From an uncultured archaeon (GTDB lineage: Archaea; Aenigmatarchaeota; Aenigmatarchaeia; GW2011-AR5): DNA of 64,000 nt. The stretch spans positions 37,773-101,772 of the forward strand of contig CAYJVT010000001.1 of NCBI GenBank assembly GCA_964373695.1, read 5' to 3'. Below the pieces are notes generated by a model. It worked only from the letters and a program-made list of their open reading frames with translations. It was not told the origin of the DNA and ran no database searches. Of this stretch, positions 20,308 through 29,785 are shown piece by piece. Position 1 is the first letter of the stretch. Each line of letters starts with the position of its first letter. The translations under genes were made by a program, and so were the position numbers.

Positions 20308-21344
20308 GGTTCCACGACGACCTTCAGGCCGTCACGGTTTTTTACTGTTTCAAACGCCTTTAAAATATCGTCAAGTGGGAATTTGTGAGTTATGATATTT
20401 TTCGTCTTTATGTCTCCGTTTGCAAGCAGCTCCAGGGCCTTCCTGTGGTGATCTTTTGTGGAGGAAAATGAGCCGCCGACGGCGAACTGCCTGTAATGCA
20501 TGTAGTTGTTCTGGAATGTCACGGTGTCGTCGGTGCCTTTCGGCACGCCGCCAAAAAGGTTCACGAAACCGCCCTTTGCCACAGCCTGGATGCAGGCGCG
20601 ATGCGCATTTATGTCACTGCACGCCGAAACAACGATATCATATCCCCTTCCGCCTGTCAGCTCTATGGACTCCTCAAGGAAGTCGTTGTTCTCCGAATGG
20701 ATATAATGGTCGGCGCCTGTAGGCCTTGACATCTCAAGCCTTTTCTCATTCCTGTCAACAAGAACAGCCATCGAGGCGCCCATTATCTGTGCCGTATTTA
20801 TCATGAGATTTCCTATCGGCCCAGCCCCTATCACGAGCACACTTTTCCCTTCTTTCATGCCGGCGAATTCCAGCCCGTTGTATACGCATGCGAGCGGCTC
20901 TGCAAAGGACGCCTCGACAAAGTCGAGGTTCTTCGGCATGAAATTAATCGGCCCGCGTTCCGCCGCTTCCTTCGGCAAAAGCAGATATTCAGCGAAGCCT
21001 CCCGGGACGGTCGAGCCTATGGAGATAACATTCTGGCAAAGCATGTCCAGGCCCCTCCGGCATTCCTCACAGTTTCTGCATGATATCTCATTACCCATGG
21101 CAAGCCTGTCTCCAATGCTGAAATTCTCCACGCCTTTTCCAATTTCAGTAACAGTGCCGGCGATTTCGTGCCCCATTACAAAGGGGAATTTCTTTATCCT
21201 GTCGCCGTACTCGTAGAACCTGAGGTCTGAGCCGCAGACGCCGCATGCGCCAACCTTAAGGAGTATCTCACCTTCTTTCGGGACAGGCGTTTCGACATCC
21301 CCGACCCTCATATTTTTGGGGCTTTCAAGAAGGGCGGCTTTCAT
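20304..21344 (-). CDS. Zn-dependent polyol/sugar-alcohol dehydrogenase (MDR)
   Basis: GVCGSD, MGHE, CRNCEECRRGLDMLC, GGFAEY, EPLAC, IGAGPIG. Confidence 0.9.
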   Translation of the reverse strand: MKAALLESPKNMRVGDVETPVPKEGEILLKVGACGVCGSDLRFYEYGDRIKKFPFVMGHEIAGTVTEIGKGVENFSIGDRLAMGNEISCRNCEECRRGLDMLCQNVISIGSTVPGGFAEYLLLPKEAAERGPINFMPKNLDFVEASFAEPLACVYNGLEFAGMKEGKSVLVIGAGPIGNLMINTAQIMGASMAVLVDRNEKRLEMSRPTGADHYIHSENNDFLEESIELTGGRGYDIVVSACSDINAHRACIQAVAKGGFVNLFGGVPKGTDDTVTFQNNYMHYRQFAVGGSFSSTKDHHRKALELLANGDIKTKNIITHKFPLDDILKAFETVKNRDGLKVVVEP

Positions 21345-21465
21345 GCTAGTCCTAAATCAAAAGTCTTTATAACAGTATCGTATGAAAAAAACGTCGTTTT
21401 GTTGCATTGTTTATGAAGAATAGAACGGTTTCGGTTTTAAAAGCGTTTTTCCTTAATACAAATAA

Positions 21466-23073
21466 ATGAAGGTTATCATACCGATGGCCGGGAATAACGA
21501 GGACTTCCGCCGGGAAGGGATGGATGAAGTAAAGCACATGATGAATATAGACGGCAAGAGCATGATAGAGCACGTATGCGGCATGTTCCCCCAGAACAGC
21601 AGCTTCATATTTCTCTGCAGGAAGGCGCATCTGGATAATTCAGGCCTTATGGAACATCTCCAGAAAATAGTCAAGAATTCCACGATAATAGTAGTTGAAA
21701 ACGACACGAGAGGGCCGGTGGAAACTGTGTTGCTCGCTGACGGGGCTGTGAGAGATGATGAGGAAGTAATAATAGCCCATTCCGACGCCATATCGGACTG
21801 GGATTTCAGCGTGTTCCTGAAGAAAATAAAGGACAGAAAAGCCGATGGCGCCCTTTCAACGTTCATAGGCTTTCATCCGACACACCTCAACGGGGTGCGT
21901 TATGCCTCCATATCAACAGACGACAACGACTATGTAGTCAGTATAAAGGAAAAGGAGCTCATAACAAAGGGCTACATTGAAAACTACACTTCCGCCGGTG
22001 TGTATTATTTTTCAAGGTGGGATGTGTTCAAGAAATACGCTGAAAGGATGATAGAAAACGTCGAACACGAGATGTTTTACATAAGCCTGGTATACAACGA
22101 GATGTTGAAAGACGGCCTGAAGGTCGTGCCTTTCGAGGCTGAGGGCCTAATTTACTGGGGTGAACCGCAGAATCTGAAGGAGTATGTGTTCTGGTCGGAA
22201 TATTTTGCGTCCCTGACCAAGCAGGGCAAGGAAAGGGGAATGTACGATATGGTAAATCTCATACCTTCCGCAGGCCGCGGAAAGAGATTTGCAGACGCTG
22301 GGTACAAGATTCCCAAGCCGTTCATAGATGTTCTTGGCGAGCATATGATAGTGAAATGTGCAAAATCGCTTCCAAAAACGGCCAGATACGTCTTCGTCTG
22401 CCTAAGGCAGCATGTAGAAAATTTCGGGCTCGACGAAATTCTGAAAAAAAACTTCCCGGAATGCGATATTGTCATAGTAAATGACTATACAGACGGCATG
22501 GCACGCTCGTGTCTCATGGCCAAGCATCTTCTGGACAAGGACAAGCCTGTTTTCGTCTCGTCATGCGACTACAGCTTCGTCTACAACGACGAAAATCTCA
22601 GGAGGCTGATTGAGGACGAGGACCCTGATGCAGTAGTGTGGACATTCAGGGGGTATCCGGATGCCAGAATAGCACCAATGGCATACGCCTACATGGTAGT
22701 GGAGAACGGCCGTGTCAAAAGAATCTCGGAAAAGGTTCCGATAAGCGACGAGCCGCACAAGGATCCAATAGTGCAGGGCATTTTCTACTTCAAGACAGCC
22801 AAGCTTCTGATAGATTGCATAAACGAGATGATAGAAAAAAACATAACCGTCAACGGCGAGTTCTACGTCGGAACCGCCATAAACCATCTCATAGAGAAGG
22901 GTATGAAAGTCATGCCATTTGAGCTGGATAAATACATATGCTGGGGAACGCCGCACGACCTGCTTGTGTTCCAGTTCTGGGAAAACTACTTCATAAATAA
23001 TCCGAATCACCCATATAAAAGGATTGTACCTAAATCGGAATTAAGCCAACTGAAATTGGCTAAGATGTGGTAA
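21466..23073 (+). CDS. Tandem double nucleotidyltransferase-fold protein (type A + type B domains)
   Basis: Domain 1 (MKVIIPMAG...GFHPTHL...WGEPQNLKEY) resembles 16649..17518. Domain 2, from ~22249 (VNLIPSAGRGKRF...PKP...NGEFYV...WGTP), resembles 12376..13203. Confidence 0.85.
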   Translation: MKVIIPMAGNNEDFRREGMDEVKHMMNIDGKSMIEHVCGMFPQNSSFIFLCRKAHLDNSGLMEHLQKIVKNSTIIVVENDTRGPVETVLLADGAVRDDEEVIIAHSDAISDWDFSVFLKKIKDRKADGALSTFIGFHPTHLNGVRYASISTDDNDYVVSIKEKELITKGYIENYTSAGVYYFSRWDVFKKYAERMIENVEHEMFYISLVYNEMLKDGLKVVPFEAEGLIYWGEPQNLKEYVFWSEYFASLTKQGKERGMYDMVNLIPSAGRGKRFADAGYKIPKPFIDVLGEHMIVKCAKSLPKTARYVFVCLRQHVENFGLDEILKKNFPECDIVIVNDYTDGMARSCLMAKHLLDKDKPVFVSSCDYSFVYNDENLRRLIEDEDPDAVVWTFRGYPDARIAPMAYAYMVVENGRVKRISEKVPISDEPHKDPIVQGIFYFKTAKLLIDCINEMIEKNITVNGEFYVGTAINHLIEKGMKVMPFELDKYICWGTPHDLLVFQFWENYFINNPNHPYKRIVPKSELSQLKLAKMW

Positions 23074-24110
23074 AAATGAGCTCGATGGATGCTGTCGTTG
23101 TTGAGGGGATAGGGAATATAGAATGCAAGAAAATACCTTTTCCTGAATGCGGCGACAACGACGTCATCATACTTACCGAAAGGTCCGGGATATGCAGCAC
23201 CGACGTCATAAGGTCGATGAAAACCGGATTCTACCGCTACCCAATCGTGCCAGGCCATGAATTCTGCGGGGTTGTGGTCAAGAAAGGGAAGAACGTCGCC
23301 GGCGTTGATATAGAGGATAACGTGGTCGTGTACCCCCTCATACCGTGCAAGAAATGCGTTCCGTGCATGGCAGGACACCACAACCTGTGCGACACGTACG
23401 ATTTTCTGGGCTCGAGATCCAACGGAGGGCACGCCGAATACGTCAAGTGTCCCTCAGAAAACCTGCTGAAAATACCGAAAAACATAAGCTTCGATGAAGC
23501 CTGTATGGCGGAGCCGTCGTCTGTCGGTCTTCATGCCAGCCGAGTTTCCGGAAAGGCTGTGAATGTGGTCGTAATGGGCCTTGGCCCAATAGGCTTCTTT
23601 ACGGCCCAATGGGCAAAGATTCTGGGAGCGAACCATATTTTTGGTGTGGACAGACACGACCAGAGATTCAAAATCTCCAGAAAGGTCGGCATCCACGAAT
23701 TCATAGACTCCAGGGACCAGGAAATTACAAAGGCAATAAAGGAGCTTACGGACGGTCAGGGAGCCGACGTGATATTTGAGTGCTCGGGCTCCATAGACCT
23801 TCAGAGGGAAGCTATCTCATCGGCCGCGAAGCGTGGCAGGATTATTCTCCTTGGAAACCCGACTAACGACCTTGTTTTGAACAAGGAAACTTATTCGATG
23901 GTGCTCAGAAGGGAACTGAGTATAATAGGCTCATGGAGCTCGCTTATCTCGACCGACGAATGGAGCCAGTCCCTGGAGCACATGTCGAGCAAAAAGATAA
24001 ACGCAATGCCGGTGATAACCCATAATTTTCACGTGAGCGAGGCCAAGAACGTCATAGAGGACATGCATCACAAGAGATTCGAGTTCTCCAAAGTGGTCTT
24101 CCGGATGTAG
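23067..24110 (+). CDS. Zn-dependent polyol(-phosphate) dehydrogenase (GatD/sorbitol DH-like)
   Basis: GICSTD, PGHEF, CKKCVPCMAGHHNLC, GGHAEY, GLGPIG. Confidence 0.9.
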   Translation: MVKMSSMDAVVVEGIGNIECKKIPFPECGDNDVIILTERSGICSTDVIRSMKTGFYRYPIVPGHEFCGVVVKKGKNVAGVDIEDNVVVYPLIPCKKCVPCMAGHHNLCDTYDFLGSRSNGGHAEYVKCPSENLLKIPKNISFDEACMAEPSSVGLHASRVSGKAVNVVVMGLGPIGFFTAQWAKILGANHIFGVDRHDQRFKISRKVGIHEFIDSRDQEITKAIKELTDGQGADVIFECSGSIDLQREAISSAAKRGRIILLGNPTNDLVLNKETYSMVLRRELSIIGSWSSLISTDEWSQSLEHMSSKKINAMPVITHNFHVSEAKNVIEDMHHKRFEFSKVVFRM

Positions 24111-24148
24111 TATGAATTTAAAAGTCATAGCATCAATATTTCTCTTGG

Positions 24149-24841
24149 ATGACAAAGCTTTCCGTTATACTCCCGTGCTACAACGAGGGGGAGAACATAC
24201 CGCTCATTCTTGAGAGATATTCGCAGGTTGCGAAGAGGGTGCCTATGGAGCTCGTCTTGGTCGATAACGGCTCTACGGACGGGACTGAAGGCATCCTCAG
24301 AAAGGAGCTCCCGAAATACAAGTTCGCAAGGTCTGTGAAAGTCGGAAAGAACATAGGGTACGGCTTCGGCATCCTTTCTGGCCTCAGAACCGCCAAGAGC
24401 GGGTATCTGGCGTTCTCCCATGCCGACATGCAGTGCGACCCCAGAGACATAGAGAAGGGGTGGAAAATTCTCATATCATCCGTCTCCCCGGAAAGGACGC
24501 TGGTAAAGGGCAACCGCGAGGGGAGGGCGAACTTCTTCACGTCATGCTTCCATGCGGCATCCTCTGCCGTCCTTATGAAGCATTTCGACGACGTCAACGG
24601 CCAGCCGAAGATATTCCATAAAGACCTTCTGGGAATGATGAAGAAGCCGCCGAACGGGTTTTCTCTGGACCTTTACGTTCAGTACACCGCCCTCAGGAAC
24701 GGATTTGCCGTCAGAAGCTTCCCGGTGAAATTCAAGAGAAGGCTTCATGGGAAGTCCAGCTGGGCGACCGGCATACGCTCAAGAGCGAAGACGATAGCCG
24801 GAATGTCCGCATATATTCTGAAGCTCAGGATGGGGCTTTAG
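24149..24841 (+). CDS. GT2 polyprenol-phosphate glycosyltransferase (DPM1-like)
   Basis: VILPCYNEGENI, VDNGSTDGT, NIGYGFGI, HADMQCDP, DVNGQPK, R.HGKS. Confidence 0.85.
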   Translation: MTKLSVILPCYNEGENIPLILERYSQVAKRVPMELVLVDNGSTDGTEGILRKELPKYKFARSVKVGKNIGYGFGILSGLRTAKSGYLAFSHADMQCDPRDIEKGWKILISSVSPERTLVKGNREGRANFFTSCFHAASSAVLMKHFDDVNGQPKIFHKDLLGMMKKPPNGFSLDLYVQYTALRNGFAVRSFPVKFKRRLHGKSSWATGIRSRAKTIAGMSAYILKLRMGL

Positions 24842-24872
24842 CATTTAAGAATCGTGCTAAAATAGTGTCTTT

Positions 24873-25583
24873 ATGTCCAGACCAGAGCTTTCCGTGGTTG
24901 TCCCGTTTTACAACGAGCAGGACAACGCAAAAACAGTTCTATCCGGCCTCGGCAACGCCCTGGATGATATAAATTACGAAATCATAGCCGTCAACAACGG
25001 CTCTACAGACAATACGGCGTCCGTGCTCCGTGAGGTGAAAAACAGCAGAATAATAATCGTGACAGTGGAAAAAAACATCGGATTCGGCTACGGCATCAGA
25101 AAGGGCCTGGAATCGGCGAAAGGCAAATATCTCGGCTACATGTGGGGGGACAACCAGATTTCCGCCGGCGTCGTCGCGGAGATTTACAGGAAGCTCGCCA
25201 AAGAGGGGCTGGATTTGTGCAAGATAAGGCGCGCCGCAAGGGATTACGGATTTTTCAGGAAGCTTGAATCCGCCGCATACAACAGGATATTTCTGGCGCT
25301 GTTTTTTGGGAAGATAAGCAACGACATAAACGGAAGCCCCAAGATAATGAAGAGGGCGCTTTACGAAAGGCTGGGCCTGGAGTCAAACGACTGGTTCATC
25401 GACACGGAACTCATGGTGAAAGTGAAGGTCCTGGGCGGCAGGGTTGGCGAAGTGAAGGCTGCCTACAACAAGAGAAGCAAGGGAAAGTCCAAAGTAAAGT
25501 TCTACGTCATGATGGAATTCCTCTCAAATATCCTCAGATTCAGGTTCAGCGGGCTCAAGAAATTTAAAGACTCCGTAGACTAG
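24873..25583 (+). CDS. GT2 polyprenol-phosphate glycosyltransferase (DPM1-like), tandem paralog
   Basis: VVPFYNEQDN, VNNGSTDNT, NIGFGYGI, MWGDNQ (in place of DxD), DINGSPK, R.KGKS. Confidence 0.85.
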   Translation: MSRPELSVVVPFYNEQDNAKTVLSGLGNALDDINYEIIAVNNGSTDNTASVLREVKNSRIIIVTVEKNIGFGYGIRKGLESAKGKYLGYMWGDNQISAGVVAEIYRKLAKEGLDLCKIRRAARDYGFFRKLESAAYNRIFLALFFGKISNDINGSPKIMKRALYERLGLESNDWFIDTELMVKVKVLGGRVGEVKAAYNKRSKGKSKVKFYVMMEFLSNILRFRFSGLKKFKDSVD

Positions 25584-25589
25584 TCAAGA

Positions 25590-26525
25590 ATGTCATCGCT
25601 CGGCGGCGCCAGTGTTCTTGTGACAGGTGGCAACGGCTTCATAGGCTCGCACCTCGTGGAAAGACTTGCCGATGAAGGCGCTGCAGTTCACGTTCTTTCC
25701 AGAAGCGACGTTAATATCAGGGGTATGGGAAATGTCATATTCCATAAAGCCGACATCAGGGACTACGGGGCCGTCAAAAACGTCGTAAACGAAGCGGAGC
25801 CAAAAAAAATCTTCCATCTTGCCGCAATGGTCAACCTCAGCAGGGAAATGAAGGACCTGAAGCCTGTGATGGAAACGAAAATAAACGGGACGCTGAACCT
25901 GCTGAATGCTCTTGACGGCATCGATTATGACTGCTTTATCAACACGGGAACGTGTGAGGAATACGGCTCAAACCACCCGCCTTTCAGGGAGGACATGACT
26001 CCAAGGCCCATATCCCACTATTCGGCCGCCAATGCGTCCGTGACTTCCATATGCAGGATGCTGTACGAAACAAACGCTCTGCCGATTCTTACTCTGCGGC
26101 AGTTCACATGCTACGGCCCGGGCCAGAAGCCCAGCATGCTGATACCCTACGTCATAAGCTCCGCGATGACGGGGAATGACATCAGGCTGACGAAGGGGGA
26201 GCAGAAAAGGGATTTCAACTACGTGGATGACGCCGTCGAATCATTCATGAAAGCTTCGGCAGAGAAGCGAGCCATAGGCGAGGTGATAAACATAGGGACC
26301 GGCGAGAGCCGTAGAATAACGGATGTCGTGGCGTCAATACTTTCCATTACAAATAGTTCCGCGAAGCCGCTGTTCGGGGCCATTCCATACAGGAAACCTG
26401 AGATATGGGAAATAAGGGCCGACATCTCAAAGGCGGAGCGCATCCTGGGATGGAGACCTGTAACCGGCATGGAAGACGGGTTGAAAAGGACTGTGGAATG
26501 GTACAGAAAATCTATTTCCTCGTGA
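25590..26525 (+). CDS. Extended SDR NDP-sugar epimerase/reductase
   Basis: VTGGNGFIG, FHLAA, TCEEYG, YGPGQ, RDFNYVDD. The catalytic YxxxK reads YSAAN. Confidence 0.85.
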   Translation: MSSLGGASVLVTGGNGFIGSHLVERLADEGAAVHVLSRSDVNIRGMGNVIFHKADIRDYGAVKNVVNEAEPKKIFHLAAMVNLSREMKDLKPVMETKINGTLNLLNALDGIDYDCFINTGTCEEYGSNHPPFREDMTPRPISHYSAANASVTSICRMLYETNALPILTLRQFTCYGPGQKPSMLIPYVISSAMTGNDIRLTKGEQKRDFNYVDDAVESFMKASAEKRAIGEVINIGTGESRRITDVVASILSITNSSAKPLFGAIPYRKPEIWEIRADISKAERILGWRPVTGMEDGLKRTVEWYRKSISS

Positions 26526-27939
26526 GTATATCAAAAGGCCCGACCGAAGCGCTTTTTCGGTATTCGTTCTCCAGATATTCGTATGTTATGGGATTGAAAT
26601 ATCTCGACTGCTGTGTGTTGTCCACCACGACTGTCTTTACGCCGCTTGAGCGTAATATCTCCACAGTCCTTGCCTGCTCAGTGTCGTTCACGTGCTCTTT
26701 GTAAGGATAAAGGTAATACATGCCGGGCGGCGGGTCCCTTTCCGACAGATGGTATATGGTGGGGTTGTATCCGAACACGTAGAGCATCTCCTCCTCTTCC
26801 ATGGTATTTTTCAGGTAAGACGACACGTCCTCCATATGTGTGTAGTAATCCGACGATGCGCTATGCAGCCTGTAGACGCTGTAGGAATTGAGACCAAGTG
26901 AAAGTGCCAGGAGCACGGCTATCGGGAAGACGATGAGTATTTTGGCGTATAAGCTATCAATTTTAGCCGACATCGTCCTCTGAATCATTATCGCAGACAA
27001 GACGGAAAGTGGTATTACCATAAGGCTCATGTACTTGAGAACCGCCACGAACGGATACGACGTTACAGCAAGCAGGATGGCGAAAAACATGTCGCTGCCC
27101 ATGTCCCTTTTCCTGTCCAAAAGGAAAGCTATGAAAAAGGCCGTGGCAAGGAAAAGTACCGGCGACATGACGGAGAGATTATATATGGTCTCCAGTGATG
27201 TGAATTTCGACGGGTCGCTCAGCCAGGTATCATCTTTTCTTATGTTCAGTGCCTCCGCGGTGGTCCAGTTGAGTATCTCGGCGAAGGCTCCTATGAGAAT
27301 GAAATGAGCTGCAACAATGATGAGCGGTATAAGCAGGGAAGCGACTATAAGCACTGCCGGCTTTATTTTGGCGGCTATGTTTTTTCTCTCGGCAGCGAAG
27401 CATATGAAATAAAATAGAATAAGCATCGCTGCCGTCTGTTTTGAAAGCAGGGCCAGCCCGGCAAGCATTCCAGAGGCGGCTATGTATTTTGCTCTTTTCT
27501 CTTTGGTAAAAAAGAACAAGGATGCGGCGGAAAACAGTATCATAAGTCTGTCTCCATTGAGAGCATAACCAAAAAACGAGGGCATCGTGAATATGAAGAG
27601 GAATATTGATGCGGCCGCCAGAGCCGTTCTCTTGCTGTACATCCTTGTAACGATCGTGTATATCATCAAGGAGGCGGCGGCATTCATGGAGATTGCCAGC
27701 ATCCTTATGAGCTGCAGAATCTGGCCTGAATACGCCAGAACGGAAAAGATGTAGTAATTGAGGGGGGGCTTTACGTCCGTCGAATAGTCCTTGTAGGGGG
27801 CGTAACCTTCTAGCATTTTTTCTGAAGTGAAAATATAATTGCTTTCGTCCGGAGTAAACCCTGTATTCAGGTATATCGAGCTGTTTACAAGGATGTATGC
27901 AACAACGACAATCCAAATCTCCTTGCCTCTCAGGTCCAT
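26512..27939 (-). CDS. ArnT/PMT-like (GT-C) glycosyltransferase
   Basis: PDESNY, DVKPPL, DRLM, SKQT, multiple TM segments and a C-terminal soluble domain. Probable start is the ATG at 27939. Confidence 0.8.
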   Translation of the reverse strand: MDLRGKEIWIVVVAYILVNSSIYLNTGFTPDESNYIFTSEKMLEGYAPYKDYSTDVKPPLNYYIFSVLAYSGQILQLIRMLAISMNAAASLMIYTIVTRMYSKRTALAAASIFLFIFTMPSFFGYALNGDRLMILFSAASLFFFTKEKRAKYIAASGMLAGLALLSKQTAAMLILFYFICFAAERKNIAAKIKPAVLIVASLLIPLIIVAAHFILIGAFAEILNWTTAEALNIRKDDTWLSDPSKFTSLETIYNLSVMSPVLFLATAFFIAFLLDRKRDMGSDMFFAILLAVTSYPFVAVLKYMSLMVIPLSVLSAIMIQRTMSAKIDSLYAKILIVFPIAVLLALSLGLNSYSVYRLHSASSDYYTHMEDVSSYLKNTMEEEEMLYVFGYNPTIYHLSERDPPPGMYYLYPYKEHVNDTEQARTVEILRSSGVKTVVVDNTQQSRYFNPITYEYLENEYRKSASVGPFDILTRK

Positions 27940-28042
27940 TCTAAAAACTTCATTTTTAATGCTTAAAAATCGCCATCGTTTCATTAGGACATATTTTGAA
28001 CCAATTTTTGTATATTAAAAGGGTTTTTGCGTATCTGATAAA

Positions 28043-28813
28043 ATGGACGTTGTGATACTCTGCGGCGGCCGCGGAACACGGCTTGCTGAAAAGACTTCTG
28101 TGATGCCGAAGCCGCTCGTTCCGATAGGGGAGAAGCCGATAATCTGGCATATAATGAAGCTGTATTTCCACTACGGCTACAAGAGGTTTGTTCTTCCTCT
28201 AGGATATTTGGGACATGAGATAAAGAGGTTCTTCGTCGAATATCCGTGGATAAGCGGGGACTTCGAGCTTAATATGCATTCCGTGTCGGTGCCGAAGCCG
28301 AGGGAAGACTGGTCTGTGGCGCTTGTCGACACCGGTATCGACTCTAAGACGCAGAAAAGGCTGCATCTGGTGAAGGAGCACATAAAAACCGACAGGTTCA
28401 TGCTCACGTACGGGGACGGCGTCGCCGACATAGACATCGGAGACCTTGTAAGAAGGCATGAATACCTGAGGAAAACATATGGCGTCCTGGGCACGGTAAC
28501 TCTCCATACTCCGAAATCAAAGTTCGGCGTGGTCGACATAGAAAAAGACCTTGCCACGGCATTCAGGGAAAAGCCTGATGCCGACAAGTTCGTGAATATA
28601 GGATTCATGGTCCTTGAAAAAGGCGTCTTCGACTACATGGACGGCTCGGATGTGATGCTTGAGACTTCTCTTCTGCCGAAGCTTGCAGCCGAAGGCAAGA
28701 TAGGATTCTATCACCATCGAAACTTCTGGGGGTGCATGGACACCTATGGCGACTATATGCACCTTAATGATATATGGAAAAATGAAAGGCCGTGGAAGGT
28801 ATGGCAGGACTAG
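28043..28813 (+). CDS. rfbF: Glucose-1-phosphate cytidylyltransferase
   Basis: VILCGGRGTRL.E.T...PKPLV.IG.KPIIWHIMK.Y, LGYLG..IK.FF, VDTG, FMLTYGDGVADI, FWGCMDT. Confidence 0.92.
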   Translation: MDVVILCGGRGTRLAEKTSVMPKPLVPIGEKPIIWHIMKLYFHYGYKRFVLPLGYLGHEIKRFFVEYPWISGDFELNMHSVSVPKPREDWSVALVDTGIDSKTQKRLHLVKEHIKTDRFMLTYGDGVADIDIGDLVRRHEYLRKTYGVLGTVTLHTPKSKFGVVDIEKDLATAFREKPDADKFVNIGFMVLEKGVFDYMDGSDVMLETSLLPKLAAEGKIGFYHHRNFWGCMDTYGDYMHLNDIWKNERPWKVWQD

Positions 28814-29784
28814 ATTTCTGGAAGGGTAAAAAAGTGCTTATAACGGGAGCCACCGGGTTCATAGGCTCTCACGTAGCTTCGGCTCTGTGCAGAACAGCTG
28901 ATGTCACGGTGCTGGAAAGGGATAGTACAAAGGATTCTTTTCTCACTCTGTCGGGAAACATGAAACACGTTAACATAGCGAGGGGAGAGCTTGAAAGCAT
29001 GGATGCTGTGATGCGCGTCCTTGCTGAGTATGAGATAGACACAGTCTTCCATATAGGCGCCCAGCCGATAGTGGAAATATCCAAAGTAGAGCCCAGGAAG
29101 ACATTCGAATCAAACATAGAAGGGACATGGAACGTACTGGAAGCCTGCCGCCTCGTTTCGTATGAAAGCAGGAAGCTACAGAGAATAATCGTTGCGTCAA
29201 GCGACAAGTCCTACGGCAGCCAGGCGCCGCCTTACACTGAGGACATGCCCCTCGGAGGCGAGTCTCCATACGACGTGTCGAAGGCGTGCGCAGACCTGAT
29301 ATCACAGTCGTACCGAAAAAACTATGCTCTGCCGATATGCATCTCCCGCCTGGGAAACGTTTTCGGCCCGGGCGACACGAACTTCAACCGTATCGTGCCT
29401 GGAACTATAAAGTCCATAATCGAAGGCGGCGACGTGAAAATAAGAAGCGACGGCTCTCTGGTCAGGGAATATTTCTATGTGAAGGACGCCGTCTCGGCCT
29501 ATCTCACATTGGCGGAAAACATGCACAGGAAGGAAGTTCTTGGCGAAGCCTTCAATTTCGGCAGCGGCGAAAAAATGTCTGTCCTGGACGTGGTGAAAAG
29601 GATTTCGGACTTCATGGGATACAAAGGGCAGCCCAAAATACTCGATTCGGCAAGGAACGAGATACAGACGCAGTTCCTGTCGACGGGAAAGGCAAGGCGT
29701 ATCCTTGGATGGTCGCCTTCGTTCTCATTTTCCGGCGCTTTGCCGGAAACCGTGGGATGGTACAAAGCATTCCTGGGTGGATGA
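28801..29784 (+). CDS. rfbG: CDP-glucose 4,6-dehydratase-like SDR
   Basis: FWKGKKVLITGATGFIG, AQPIV, SSDKSY, SPYDVSK, GPGDTNFNRIVP. Lies between rfbF and rfbH. Confidence 0.8.
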   Translation: MAGLDFWKGKKVLITGATGFIGSHVASALCRTADVTVLERDSTKDSFLTLSGNMKHVNIARGELESMDAVMRVLAEYEIDTVFHIGAQPIVEISKVEPRKTFESNIEGTWNVLEACRLVSYESRKLQRIIVASSDKSYGSQAPPYTEDMPLGGESPYDVSKACADLISQSYRKNYALPICISRLGNVFGPGDTNFNRIVPGTIKSIIEGGDVKIRSDGSLVREYFYVKDAVSAYLTLAENMHRKEVLGEAFNFGSGEKMSVLDVVKRISDFMGYKGQPKILDSARNEIQTQFLSTGKARRILGWSPSFSFSGALPETVGWYKAFLGG

Positions 29785-29785
29785 A

